Assembly: GCF_004010195.1 (NCBI RefSeq)
Contig: NC_057728.1
Location: 51,670,552 to 51,734,551 of the forward strand
Source of the DNA: Chiloscyllium plagiosum
Taxonomy: Eukaryota
DNA: 64,000 nt
Direction of reading: 5' to 3'
The notes under the pieces were generated by a model, which had not been told where the DNA came from, did no database searches, and worked only from the letters and a program-made list of their open reading frames with translations. The position numbers were made by a program, and so were the translations under genes. Below are positions 13,547 to 25,936 of the stretch, in pieces. The number at the start of each line of letters is the position of its first letter. Position 1 is the stretch's first letter.

Positions 13547-13729
13547 CCCCATAGCATCTTGACTTGTTTCCAATCCTATTCTGCATTGCCTCCCACTTGA
13601 ACAACATTTTGATTTTAAAGTTCTCATTCTTGGTTTCAAACCTTTCCAATACCTCATCCCCTCCCATCTCTGTGACTTGCTCCAGCACCCACAAGTCTCC
13701 AAAATATTGGCTCTCCTCTCTGCAGTACA

Positions 13730-14700
13730 GCATAGCTAAATGTTGTGGTATACACTTCAGTGTGCAAAACAAAAAAGCAGAGTATTATTTAAACGGTGAT
13801 ATTTTTGGGGACTATGGTTGTGCAGTAGGGTGACCTTGTACACCAGTCAATGAAAGTGGCCTGCCAGGTGCAGCAAGCAATTAGGAAGAGAAATCCATTG
13901 ACAAAGGATTTGAGGTCAGAAGTAAGGATGCCTTACTGTAGTTCTGTAGTCCACACCATGCGGTTCTGGCCTCCCTACCCTAGAAAGGATAGACCTATCA
14001 CAGAGGGAGTGCAGCAGAGGGTCTCTAGACTGGCACTGGGGATTGCAAGACTGTCCTGTGAGGAGAGCTGAAAAATGTGTTGCTGGAAAAGCGCAGCAGG
14101 TCAGGCAGCATCCAAGGAGCAGGAGAATCGACATTTCGGGCATAAGCCCTTCTTCAGGAACGTTGATTCTCCTGCTCCTTGGATGCTGCCTGACCTGCTG
14201 CGCTTTTCCAGCAACACACTTTTCAGCTCTGATCTCCAGCATCTGCAGTCCTCACTTTCTCCCTTGTCCTATGAGGAGAGAGTAGTTCAGCTGATTTTTG
14301 ATTTGATTTTTGAAAGAGGAGAGGGGATCTGAATACACATTCAATTGTAATAGGGTTGGACAGACAGAATGCAGGGAGGATGTATGTACTTCATGGTTGG
14401 AGAGTCTAGAACCAGCGGTTGCAGTCTCAGGATATAGGGTACCATTTGGAACTGAAATGAAGCAATATTTCCAAACTTAAATGACTATGAACCTATAGAC
14501 TTCTCTACTGCAGAAGGCTGTAGAGGCTAAGTCACAAAATATATTCAAGAAAGATATCTTTTTTTTTCTGAGATATTAGAGGCTTCAAATGTTATTGGGT
14601 GATCAATATGCCATTGAGAGAGAGGATCAGTGTGGTCATATTCAGTGCAGAGCAGGATCGAAGGGCCAAATAGCCTATTTCTGTTCCTAGTTTCTTTGTT
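13730..14700 (+). mobile_element. Degraded CR1-clade LINE 3' region, interrupted at 14068-14264
   Basis: FWPPYPRKD..EGVQQR motifs and a CR1-like 3' UTR. Confidence 0.65.
14068..14264 (-). mobile_element. Short palindromic Penelope-derived element (family A), hammerhead core on the minus strand at 14130-14157
   Basis: Inverted arms; TSD tgtcctgtgaggagag (14052-14067) / tgtcctatgaggagag (14265-14280). Confidence 0.85.
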
Positions 14701-16317
14701 TCTCATTCAGGCCTCTTAAGGACCCATCATCAGTGACTGCACCTTTATCTGCCTAGATTTCAAACTCCCTTTCCTCTTGTGATGAAATATATGTGTCTTC
14801 TGTACATTTAATATCATTTTATTTTAAAGTTTGAATTTTGAACTAGTGGCATGTAGGTTTTGGTCTAACAGGGTTTAATGATTAAATTGTCAGTATTTCT
14901 GCAGCCATTTTCTTTGAGACCAGTGTGTGTAAAGGGGGAGAGACTGTGTTCCTGGGAAATCATCTCCATTGTGCCAATTTTATGTTCAGAGTAAATATTG
15001 AATAGCATTAGCCTGTTTTCAGTTAGAAGGATCAGGAATTGACTAGATTCCCTCTTTTTGATAAGAGGAAAACATCCAAAGCTTGGAAAGCTTTTGTTTT
15101 CATGGTCACAGATGTTCAGGTTGAGCATTATTTTCCTCCTTTAAGACATTGCTTAAAGCCTATCTCCTTGACCAAAACTAGTTCTTACCTGTCAATAATA
15201 TTTCCCTATGCAACTCTGTGTCACGTGTTATTTTAAAACACTCCCAGTGAAATGTCTTGGAATGTTTTATGATGCTAAAGGTACCATGCGAATATTTGTT
15301 GTTATTGCAAAAACAGTCCTTGCACTGATAAGTACACACCCTAATTTTCTGCAGCAAGTTTATTGGATAATTAAAGTGCAACATCATGGAATTGACTGGG
15401 GATGGCAAGACTGTCTTATGAGTAAAGAGTGGCTCAACTGGACCTGTATTCATTTGATTTTCGAAATAGGAGATGGGATCTGAATACACATACAGTTGTA
15501 ATAGGGCTGGACAGGCAAGATGCAGGGAGGATGTATGTAACTTGATGGAGGCTGTGCTGGAGTGTTTAGTTTCACCAGGCTAAAGGTAGAGAGGCACAAA
15601 TTGTCTAATCTCTGTCCCCTTCCCAGCAAAACCTGGGACACACTGTACAGCAACATGATACTATCACAAAACCAGCCGGGGTACCCGAAAGCAGGAACGT
15701 GTGCAGGATGTGCTGTGGAATTCAGGGAGGTGTGAGGGGCCTGAGACAACAGGAGACGGGGTGTGGATTGGAGTCACTGTGACAGTTTTCATCTCCCCAT
15801 TCAGCTGCTTCCTGGACTGCGTCAAACTGAAACCACTTTTGTTTCTGCAAGTGCTTCAGTTAAAGGGATTACTCTATGCTCCAGGTTTGGGTGGGGAGAG
15901 AGCGGGGGGGGAGCTCCAATCCAAAGCTGGCAAGTGAAGGCTGCCTGTGAATGAAGGGTAGCTGTAATGAGATTACTGTAAGCACAATAAGTAGTTTAGC
16001 CTGGTGGTCTGGAGGTCCCAGAGCGGACACAGATTGCACTCTCTGGGTCTTTGGCTGCCTGACTGAATGCGGAGGGACAATCCTTTTTAATCTAGTTTGC
16101 AGTTCTCTTGGGGGATTTATTTGTCATTAAGGAACAATCAGGGAGATTTCACCAACATCAATCAGGATAATTAAACCAACAATGTGAGTTCCTGGTTTCA
16201 GAATCCAATATCAAGGCAGGAAAGAAATTAACCTCTCAGAGTGTTGTCAAAGTCATAATATTACACTTGTAGCTATTATCTCATTTCTTGGTTCAATTAT
16301 TGTCATCAGGTAGGTTC

Positions 16318-16548
16318 CCCCTTTTTTTGTTCTTTTTCTTACTATTTTTCTCTCTCTCTCTCCTTTTTCTCTTTCTCTCACTCTCTCAATCTCCTTTTTC
16401 TCTTTCTCTCTATATCAGTCCTTTTCTCTCTCTTTTCCTTCCTCAATCCCTTTCTCCACCAGCCCCCATCCCCCCCCACGCCTACTCTCTCTCCCTCCTT
16501 AATTCTCCCTCTGTCTCCTCTCTCACACACGCTCTCTCTATCTCTCTC
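16318..16548. repeat. CT-rich low-complexity tract
   Basis: Polypyrimidine and (CT)n runs. Confidence 0.85.
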
Positions 16549-18888
16549 TGCTGTTGCTATGTTGCATGACTCTGAAACCTTAAACGTTGCCCAGCCGGTG
16601 CTAAACTAATTTGAGTCAATTAGTTGACATCCTTTTAACAATCACTCAAAGCATCGCGAAGTGAACATAGATGGTGACACATTGAAAAGCTGCTAGCTCC
16701 TCATTCCAATCTGCCCTCTCACTTGCCAGTTCTTCACCATGGTATCGGAACTCCCTGGTCACAATTGCATCTCTCCACCATCCGTTAACAACCAAGACTG
16801 GCTAGTTATCACCAAGGCCATAAAATCATCACCTTTACCCCAGGTATTTCAGTCCTTCATTTAATTTTAAAAGAATTCAATAAACAGGGGAGCATAACTG
16901 TTTTGATCTTGCTCAAACTTGAACCGGGCAATTTTATTCGGTGTCTTTGTGCTGTTCAGAAACTAGGCTTATTGGCTGTCACCTTTGGCAGTCTTTCATC
17001 TTGTGTGACTGTGACAGTCAATCTGGTCCAGGAGCCCCTCTCTGATGTGAGGGTCTCTGCCACATTTGCTGCAGAGGGGGACAGTGGCCAGAGGAAGTGT
17101 GCGATTTGCTGGCCTCCGTTTTCCCATCACCCTCCTCCGGCCTGGGTTAGAGAAAGGAAGTGAGAGATGTCTTTCTGAACAGCCAGAGGTCACGGTCACC
17201 ATTGGCTGCCTCGTGTGATCTCACATCAATGTGTGCCATCTCCTCCCTGCAATGATACATGCAGGGGAGGGCTGTATACCCCCATTGGTCATGGCTTTGT
17301 TCATGCTGAGTTCAGATACAGACCAGGAGCTGAGCACCCAATCTGCCATGGGTACAATGGACCAAATGGCTGGGAATGAATGTTTTCCTGTTCCCCTTGC
17401 TCTAGAGAGCTTATGCTCTGCACAAAACAGCCATTCTATAACATCTTGACTTTGACTTTCCTGGGTCCACTTCAGAATCCCAGCACCCCTTTCTAACATA
17501 GAGAAACCATGGAGTAGGGAGAGAGACTTACAACTGAAGGTGGACAAAGACCAAGAGAGAAAGAGGAAGGGGTAATGTGCATGTATCTGATAAAATCTTC
17601 CATTGTCCGTATCCACTGTTTCTATAACCACACCCTGACCACCCACCACCTTCCTTCAGCCTTGACTTGCCTCCTCAGGCCTGTTCTGAAATATTGAACT
17701 ACTGAAATATTCTGAAATAATGTGTTTTATGTGATGACATTAACGTTTAGTCTCTGAACAAAGTGGATTCAGAAAAGGGCTGTTGACTATTTGGACTTAA
17801 TCTTGAAAAGTGTCCTAGGTTGAATTAGTGTGATGTTTGCCACAGGACAGCCACTCCCTGTAGAAGGTAATCTCCCGTTTTCAATGTGAACAGTGGTATT
17901 CGGGGTCATCAAGCTGGAGATTGGTGACAGCAATCCCTGTCTGTTGAAATTGTGACAGTGTGATTTAAATAAAATGTACTGAGAGAGCTTTTTGAGTAAA
18001 CCCCTGTGCTCCTTTCAGATTTGAAATAGAAAATGTCCAAACATGGGGTCAGGAGTAGGGCATTTTCACCTCTCGTGTGGATCCACTCGATTATCCTGTG
18101 GTCCCAGCCTCTGAGCTCTGTTAACACCCTGCACACAGCATCCTTAGTCTCGTCTGTTTGTTGCTGTCTTGTTGACCTCTAGTTACAATCCCATTCATCC
18201 ATCAGCAAATGTCGTCTCCTCTTCCATTTAATTGGATGGAGCAGATATCTGTCAAAGCCGCAATTTTAGAACTTTCTCCCCATTCTGTTACCCAATCCCC
18301 AATATATTGGGTTTTCTCCTGAACTGGAGAGGACAATAAAACTTACCACCCACTTCATAACCTCGAGCGTGGAATGGAGCTTTCCTGGTGGCAGTGCTAA
18401 CTGCAGTGTGTGAAAACCCTCAGTACCCAGGGCATTCACAGACAAAGCAGTTAACAAATGGACACCAATTCTGCCAGTGTTATGAAGGTGACTTTGCAAT
18501 GAGTGTGTGCAGCCTGTTTTTCAAGCTTTCACAGTTCTGCATTTTAAAATGTTTAATTCTTTCAAATAACATTTCTAAACGGGTTCATTAAATTATGACA
18601 CATGCCTCTTGAGCGGGCGGGACCTGAACCTTTCAGCTCAGAGGTAAGGACACTACCACTGTACCATATGAACACTTTAGGTCCTTTATAGAGCAACTGA
18701 TTCATAATAAAATAGGTTTTGATTTTCATATTAATATTTCATTATTAATATTAATAAATTAAGTGGTCGAGTTTGTTTTATCATCAAGTTGGGTCAGGTG
18801 GGGATGCCAGAGAGCAATTGGAACTAGAACAGGTGATGATTATCTGTTAAGGGATAACTGGGTAGGTGCATGACTGGGTAATTTTTAT

Positions 18889-19016
18889 GGGAGAAAGTGA
18901 GGACTGCAGATGCTGGAGATCAGAGTGTGAAGAGTGTGTAACTGGAAAAGCGCAGCGGGTCAGGCAGCATCCGAGGAGCAGGAGAGTCGAAGTGTCGAGC
19001 ATAAGCTCTTCATCAG
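18889..19016 (-). mobile_element. Single-arm Penelope family-A element starting at CUGAUGA
   Basis: Perfect 11-bp TSD gtaatttttat (18878-18888 / 19016-19026); minus strand begins CTGATGAAGAGCTTATGCTCG. Confidence 0.8.
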
Positions 19017-19234
19017 TAATTTTTATATATGTTTATGTCTATACCGGAAGCAAATAATCAATGTGTGCAGGTTTTGTGATGATTAGAGAAAGTACATTGC
19101 CTGGATTCTGTCCATGCAAGTTTTAATCTGTGGTGTTCAACAGTGACTACTGTCTGATCATTTTTCTAATTAACTACACCTCCTTCCCCCACCTATAAGA
19201 AATGACTTCTCAGCATCAAAAGTTTTTCAGATTT

Positions 19235-19570
19235 GATTTTGGGATATAGGTGTCACTGGCTGGGCCAGCATTAATTGCCCATTCCTAGTTGCCCTTGAGA
19301 AGGTGGTGGTGAGTTGTCTTTGTGCTATTGGTTGACCCACAATGCCCTTAGAGAGGGAATTCCAGGATTTTAACCCAGCGACAGTGAAGGAACGGCAATA
19401 TATTTCCAAGTCAGGATGGTGAGTGACCTGGTGGGGGGGAGCCTGGTGTTGCTCCCATGTACCTACAACCCTTGTCCTCCTAGACGGTGGAGGTTACCAG
19501 TTTGAAAGGTGCTGTCTAAACCATCTTGCTGATTGGTGCAGTGCATCTTGTAGATGGTACACACTGCAGG
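19235..19570 (-). mobile_element. 3' end of a second CR1/L2-group LINE family
   Basis: Minus strand GLKSWNSLSKGIVG..QLTTTFSRATRNGQ-type tail, repeated at about 33790-34000, 40310-40600 and 58520-59765. Confidence 0.65.
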
Positions 19571-20509
19571 ATGGGATTCTCATAAGGCTTCTGATTGGTG
19601 TTGAGCATTTTCAGGATCTGCTATTTTCTTCTTCCCTCTTTTGCTATCTGATCTATTTATTTTGGGTTCTTGAAGTCTTAAATCTTCCTTTCTGTATGAA
19701 TGCGGCACTGCTGATCATTTTGGCTCCCGCTGTTGCCAAGCGTTTTCAGAGGAAGAACCCAATTGTTCTTGAGTGAAAAAAAAAATCCAGGTTTCACCAT
19801 CAAGAACTCAACGTTTCTTTAAGTTCACTCCTTGGGTAAGTCACTGAAAAGGGAAAGTTTACCAGACTGTGATGAAAAAGCATTGGAGAGGGACCAAATG
19901 GATAAATGTTTCAAAGTATTGGCACTGACAATGATGGATTAAATGATCTCCTTTTGTGCTCAATGATTTTGGATTTTTTAAAAAAATAAACTTTTTCATG
20001 GACCAATATTTATTGCTCATCCCTAATTAACCTTGAGCCTGGTGACTTGTCGGAGCATTGCGTAGAGCAGTTAAGAGTCTACTACATTGCTGTGGGTCTG
20101 GAGTCACATGTATGCCAGATGTGAAGGCTTGGTAGATTTTCCTCCGTAAAGGACAGTCGTGAACCAATGAGATTTCAGGACAATCAGTCTTTATTTGATG
20201 GTTTCAATTACTGAGACTAGTTTCAATTCCAGAAATGTTTGATCCAATTTTAAACTCCTCCACGACATATCCCCAAGGCACTCACCTGGGGGTCTGACAT
20301 TAGCAGGATGGCATCATCTCCCCAGTCATATGTATGTTGTCATGTTATTTTTCCAAAATATAGTCTTTACTCAAATTGTCAAATGCATGATATAAGTTTT
20401 TAATTTGATTTGACATAAAGTGCAATGCTGTTCAATTTCTTTCAATACATAACACACTTACACATCTTCTATTTCCAATATTTGTTTTCATTTTATATCA
20501 AAGACCTCG

Positions 20510-20850
20510 TGCTATTATCGCTGGACTGTTAATCCAGAGACCCAGGTCATGTGCTGGGGACCCGGGTTCAAATCCTGCCACGGCAGATGGTGGAATTTGA
20601 ATTCAATAAAAAAAATCTGAAATTAAGAGTCTAATGATGACCATGAATCCATTGTTGATTGTTGGAAAATTCCATCTGGCTCACTAATGTCCTTCAGGGG
20701 AGGAAACTGCCATCCTTACCCGATCGGGCCTGCATGGGACTCCAGTCCCACAACAATGTGGTTGACTCTTAACTGCCATCTGGGCAATTAGGGAAGGGCA
20801 GTAAATGCTGGCCTAGATAGCATTGCCCTCATCCTGTGAATGAAAAAATA
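20510..20850 (+). mobile_element. Second tRNA-derived SINE family, sharing its 3' tail with the second LINE family
   Basis: B-box gggttcaaatcc; tail gggcaattagggaagggcagtaaatgctggcc; minus-strand copies at about 19995-20320, 22255-22700, 28510-28760, 43605-43770 and 63490-63850. Confidence 0.7.
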
Positions 20851-21063
20851 ACATTCACTGGTGTATACAGAATGAAGAGCTCTGTGTTCTTCCAAATTAC
20901 ACAGGCTGTGACCTCTCCCCTTTGTAAGACTGATTCAAGCTTTTGTATATCCTCAGCACATAATCCTGGACTTTGGATTGTTTCAGTCTGTAACGCTTGG
21001 TCATAGATGGCTCATTGTACTGGAAGACCAACACATTTCAGACAAGAGAGAGCCTTTCACTAA

Positions 21064-21820
21064 TTTGATTTGATTTGATTTGATTTGAGTATTGTCACAT
21101 GTACTGAGATACAGTGAAAAGTATTGTTTTGTGTGCTATCCAGGCAAATCATACCTTACATAAGTACATCCGGGTAATAGAACAGAATGCAGAATATTGT
21201 GTTACAGCAACGGAGAAGGTGCAGAGAAGGATCAACTGTAATATATGAGAGGTCCAATCATAAGTCTGATAATAGCAGGGAAGAAGCTTTTCTTAAATCT
21301 TGTTAGGATGTGTTTTCAAACTTTTGTGTCTTCTACCCAATGGAAGAAGGTACAAGAGAAAATAACTGGGGTGGGAGAGGTCCTTGATTATTTTGGCTGC
21401 TTTGCTGAGGCAGTGGGAAGTGCAGATGGAGTTGATGGAAGGAAGGCTGGGTTTTGTGATGAATGGGGCTATGTTCACAACTCTCTGTAATTCCTTGTGA
21501 CCCTGGGCAGAGCAGTTATCATAATAAGTTGTGATACATCCGAATGCTTTCTATGATGCATCTGTAAAAATTGGTGAGAGTCAATGTGGACATGTTGAAT
21601 TTCCTTAGCTTTCTGAGGAATTAGAAACGTTGATGTACTTTCTTGACTGTATTATTGATGTGGATGGACCAGGACAGATTATTGGTGATATTTCCTCCTA
21701 GGAACTTGAAATGCTTGGCTATCTCTACCTCAGCACCATTGATACAGACAGGGGTGTGCCCTCCACTCCGTATCCTGAGGTTGATGACCAGCTCCTTCAT
21801 TTTGCTAACATTGAGGGAGT
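21064..21820 (-). mobile_element. Rex1/Babar-type LINE 3' fragment
   Basis: Minus strand SLNVSKMKELVI..PVCINGAEVE..FKFLG..NLSWS and KAAKIIKDLSHP; (TCAAA)n tail. Confidence 0.8.
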
Positions 21821-22524
21821 GATTGGTTCTCCAGGTGTACCTGATGTGTATGCCTGTGAACAACCACAGAGCATAGAGTCCTGAGTTACAGTGCTGCTCA
21901 GGATGGACCTCCATAATAACCACAGCATTTTTTTCTTGATCAGCTCTGCAAAGACACTGTGTATGTTATCGCATTGGAAGTTCTTGGAAGGTGGAGGAAC
22001 TGGAATAGCTGATAACAGTCTTGCTCCATCCTTCTGGTATGCATTGGCTGCAGGTGTCTGTAGGGCGACTGGTAAATCATTACAGTTCTATTCATGTTCT
22101 CCTCAGGCCTGTGCCTCCTCTCCTTTATTGACGGTAGATGCTCTGTGACCCAATATGGCGATGTGTAGCTTGTCCAATTCCCTCATCCAAGCAAATTACC
22201 ATGGTTTGGTTTGACCCAACAATATGAGAAGAGATTGGTGTTTTCAGGAGTTTGTTTTAATTCATTCATCGGATGAGTGTATGGCTGCCCAGTTCATCCC
22301 TAATTGTCCCAGAGGGCAGTTGAGTTAGCCACCTTAATGTGGGTCTGGAGTCACATGTAGGTCAGACCAGGTTTCCTTCCCTAAAGGACATTAGTGAACC
22401 AGATGGGTTTTTCTGACAATCAGCAAAGGATTCACAGTCATCATTAGACTCTTAATTCCAGAGTTTTATTGCATTTAAATTCCAGCATCGGCTGTAGTGA
22501 GTTTCGAACCTGGGTCTCTGGATT

Positions 22525-22649
22525 CCTGATGAAGGGCTTTTGCCTGAAACATTGATTTTCCTGCTCCTCGGATGCTGCCTGACATGATGTGCTTTTCCAG
22601 CACCACACTCTCGACTCTAATCTCCAACATCTGCAGTCCTCACTTTCGC
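22525..22649 (+). mobile_element. Single-arm Penelope family-A element starting at the hammerhead core, inserted in a SINE
   Basis: Perfect 11-bp TSD gtctctggatt (22514-22524 / 22650-22660); begins cCTGATGAagggcttttgcctGAAAcatt. Confidence 0.8.
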
Positions 22650-23801
22650 GTCTCTGGATTAATAATCCAGCAATAATTCCATTAGGACGTCACCTCTCCT
22701 TTTAGATGGGACTAGTTTATTGCAGTCAAAAGAAGAGGGGATATGGGGGGGGGGGGCGGTGGGGCAAGATATTTTCTTTGGGTTTCACCTTCTCCCAACC
22801 CTCTGAGGAAGAGGTCCCTCTCGTCCTGGCCTTAAATGGCTGACCCCCTTTATCCTGAGACTACAAGCTTTCGTTCTCAACTTTGCACAATGCGTTGATG
22901 GTCCAAACGTGGTTAACCAGGACTGGAAGAGTTAATGCACTTCACTGTTTTGTGAGATTCCCAAACATTTTACTGGGAGGTTCCTTTGTGCTTCGGCTTG
23001 GCTCCTGTATCCTTTATTCTTTGGCTAATTTTGCTCATTTCTCTTATAAGCTGTCTAGCAGCAAAGAAAGGCTTTGGGTCTGGTAATGCCCTGTAGTCTG
23101 TCTTTATTGAATTCCACGTCATCCTTTTAAATGGGAGCATAATTTATCTTGTTTTCTTTAAGCACCGCAATGAAGGCTTTCAAAGGGCCGCTGCTTTCTT
23201 TCCCAGCTGCATTTGTTGATGGTACAGTCAATCTGCGTCCTCTCTCTCTCTCTCTTCCTCCCGTCCCTCCACCCACTCTCCCCAATGGGCCATAAAGCAT
23301 CTACAGCTGTGGTCATTATCGGCTGAGATTTTCTGAATAAAACACTTTGGGGACTTAAATATACCGCTCTTCCAGTCCCCCTTGTCAAAAGGTGACAGTT
23401 ATAAAACATCTCAGCTTTTCACACAGCAAGCGAGGAGAAGCTGTGAAAAGCACTAATTTAATTGTAAGTATTTTTAAATTATAGATCAGGGGCAGGGTGG
23501 AAAAGTTCAAGGCTCAAAGAGCAGTGTCTCCACCAGGACGAAGGTAGTGTTTCAGGGGGCAAAAGAAAGATAAGACGTCTCTGGAAATAGGCAGCATTTA
23601 TACAGTTGGAACCTGTTAAAATTTTCACTGAATTAATTCAAATGCTGTCCACTGTTTGCTTTAATTTTACTGGCAAAGTTAGACAGATTCCTGCAATAAA
23701 GTAGGATTATACGCAGATGTTTGTTAATAATATAACTACAATAACTTCCTTTGTTTGAGTCGTGACGTAAAATTTCATTACTAAATGACTTATCCAGAGA
23801 G

Positions 23802-23969
23802 TTAGAAATCACACAACACCAGGTTATAGTCCAACAGGTCCAACCACCTGATGAAGAAGCAGTGCTCAGAAAGCGAATGCTTCCAAATAAACCTGTTGGA
23901 CTATAACCTGTGTTGTGTGATTTTTAACTTTGTCCACCCTAGTCCAACACCAGCTCCTCCACATCACGG
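23802..23969 (+). mobile_element. Short palindromic Penelope family-B element with degenerate hammerhead core (about 23848-23876)
   Basis: Arms aaatcacacaacaccaggttatagtccaacagg and its reverse complement; putative TSD ttatccagagag / ttgtccggagag; same family as 5889-7531. Confidence 0.75.
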
Positions 23970-25255
23970 TTGTCCGGAGAGAGTGAACCTGGGCCTGGGT
24001 CTTGTGACCACAACTCAAGCAGCCTCTTCCAAATCCCCTCCAATAAATCGTTGGAAATGATCGATTTTTTGTTTGCACCCTAACCCCGCTCCTGCCATGG
24101 ATTTTGTGACGAGTGGTTATATTCTTGTGTCGGGATGTGGGGGGGTAGGTCAGGGGTTTGAGACCCAGCTGAGGACCAGGCATTATTGAATGGTGGAGCA
24201 GACACAGGGCTGAATGGCTACTCCTGCTCCTATTTGGTATCCATTTGTGATCGCCGTGAAGGTATGTCACATTAGGTTGACATTTTTAAAAACAGAAACC
24301 CTCTCTTGCATGATGTCCTGCCATTCTGAACATAAATCGGCTGCTTTTTTTTAATGCAAGGTGTATTTTTTTGGCGTGTGAACTGAATTGTTTGCGTTGC
24401 CATGCCAACACGAATTAGGACCATCAACCTTTTACACTGCAACAGAGAGGCTTTATTTACTTTGTGCACTCCTCTTCATCTCAGGGTGATGTTAAGCTGC
24501 AGACCCTTTTGTTCATCCCTAAGGGGTTTGCTGTCATTGGTTTGTCATCCCTTCCCAGAATCCAGTCAGTAACCAGCTGATGATGTCACACAGGTTGTTT
24601 AGAAACTTCTGTCAAGTCTCCATTTGTATCTTGGATTGTTGTGGCTCCCAAAGGATGTGTTTTCATGTTCATAAACCTAATCATAAGTGTGTCAAGGTTA
24701 GAATCATAGAATGGTTACAGCACAAAAAGTGGCCATTCGGTCCATTGTATCCATGCTGATTCTGTGAAAGAGTTATGCAGCTAGTCCTACAGATCACATA
24801 CATTTCTCCTCAGATTAATATCCATATCTCTCTTGAAGCCCTTTAATTAAAGTACCCTCCTTCACACTCTGTGTTTTATGACACTGTTGTTGCATATATA
24901 ATTGGGAATATAATGCTGTAGTTTATCTAATTCATTCAGTCAGAAAAACTGTCTTCATAATTGAGAAAAGTCTGTTTTATATCTCTTAAGTGGTTTATTG
25001 TACCAATGCCATAAGTAAAATCTTAATTGTGACTTAAATCCTTTCACTGAATTCGAAGTTTGGACTCATTACCATAGAACATTACCCTGGGATTAGATGG
25101 GACGTAAGGAAAAGCTTTTTTACCAACAGGCAGGTGGGTGCCTGCAGTTCGCTGACGGAGATAGTGGTGGAGGCAGCGACTGTAAACTCTGTACCTTAAG
25201 TGCTGTAAGCCACAGCGCTATGGGCCATGTGCAGGAAGATGGGATTGGAAAGGAC

Positions 25256-25626
25256 ATAGAGTCATAGAGATGTACAGCACGAAAACAGAACCTTCAGTCC
25301 AAACCGTCCATGCCGACCAGATATCCCAACCCAATCTAGTCCCACCGACCCGACCCGGCCAAACCCTTCCTATTCATATACACATCCAAATGCCTCTTAA
25401 ATGTTGCAATTGTACCAGCCTCCACCACATCCTCTGGCAGCTCATTCCATACCCGTACCACCCTCTGCATGAAAAGTTGCCCCTTAGGTCTCTTTTATAT
25501 CTTTCCCCTCTCACCCTAAACCTATGCCCTCTAGTTCTGGTCTCCCTGACCCCAGGGAAAAGACTTTACCTATTTATCCTATCCATGCCCCTCATAATTT
25601 TGTAAACCTCTATAAGGTCACCCCTC
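25256..25626 (-). mobile_element. CR1/HER1-like LINE 3' end
   Basis: Reverse complement of the CR1 RT C-terminus and ctctatgact tail; closely matches the other CR1 copies. Confidence 0.85.
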
Positions 25627-25936
25627 ATTTCTGTGTCTTTGCGTTAGCATGGACAAGATGGGCCAAATAGTCCCGTTCTGTGTTGCATGATTTCTATTGT
25701 ATGGTTCTGGGTTGCTAGTCCAGTGACATTACCATGACCAGCCCTTCCACATGATCCATTTCAGGCACAGATGGGGTTTTGGTACAGCTCTGGGGCTCCT
25801 TCTTTTCTCTTGGTGGTACCCAGACCAGTTTTCTGTCTTATATTTATGTAACCTGGGTGATGAAGTCTCATGATCTATCATTATAGGGAAACTTGGGTTC
25901 TGAAGTGGACAGAACCATGGGGTCGGGAAGTCCAGA

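Larger units (their letters stand above)
12655..13700 (+). mobile_element. Old L2-like LINE 3' remnant hosting a minisatellite and a Penelope insertion
   Basis: 13580-13690 resembles the L2 C-terminal LHWLP..DFKILILVFK..PPYLC region; the 5' part has an NLGVTF motif. Confidence 0.55.

Noticed and set aside
12800..13702. Repetitive ORFs up to 194 aa (GTSQDA..GNKSR)
   Set aside because: They are read-throughs of the 34-bp minisatellite plus the palindromic insertion, with no splice or homology support.
13916..14332. Same peptides on both strands (AEKCVAGKAQQVRQHPRSRR; MCCWKSAAGQAASKEQENR)
   Set aside because: This follows from the palindromic non-coding element and is not a gene family.
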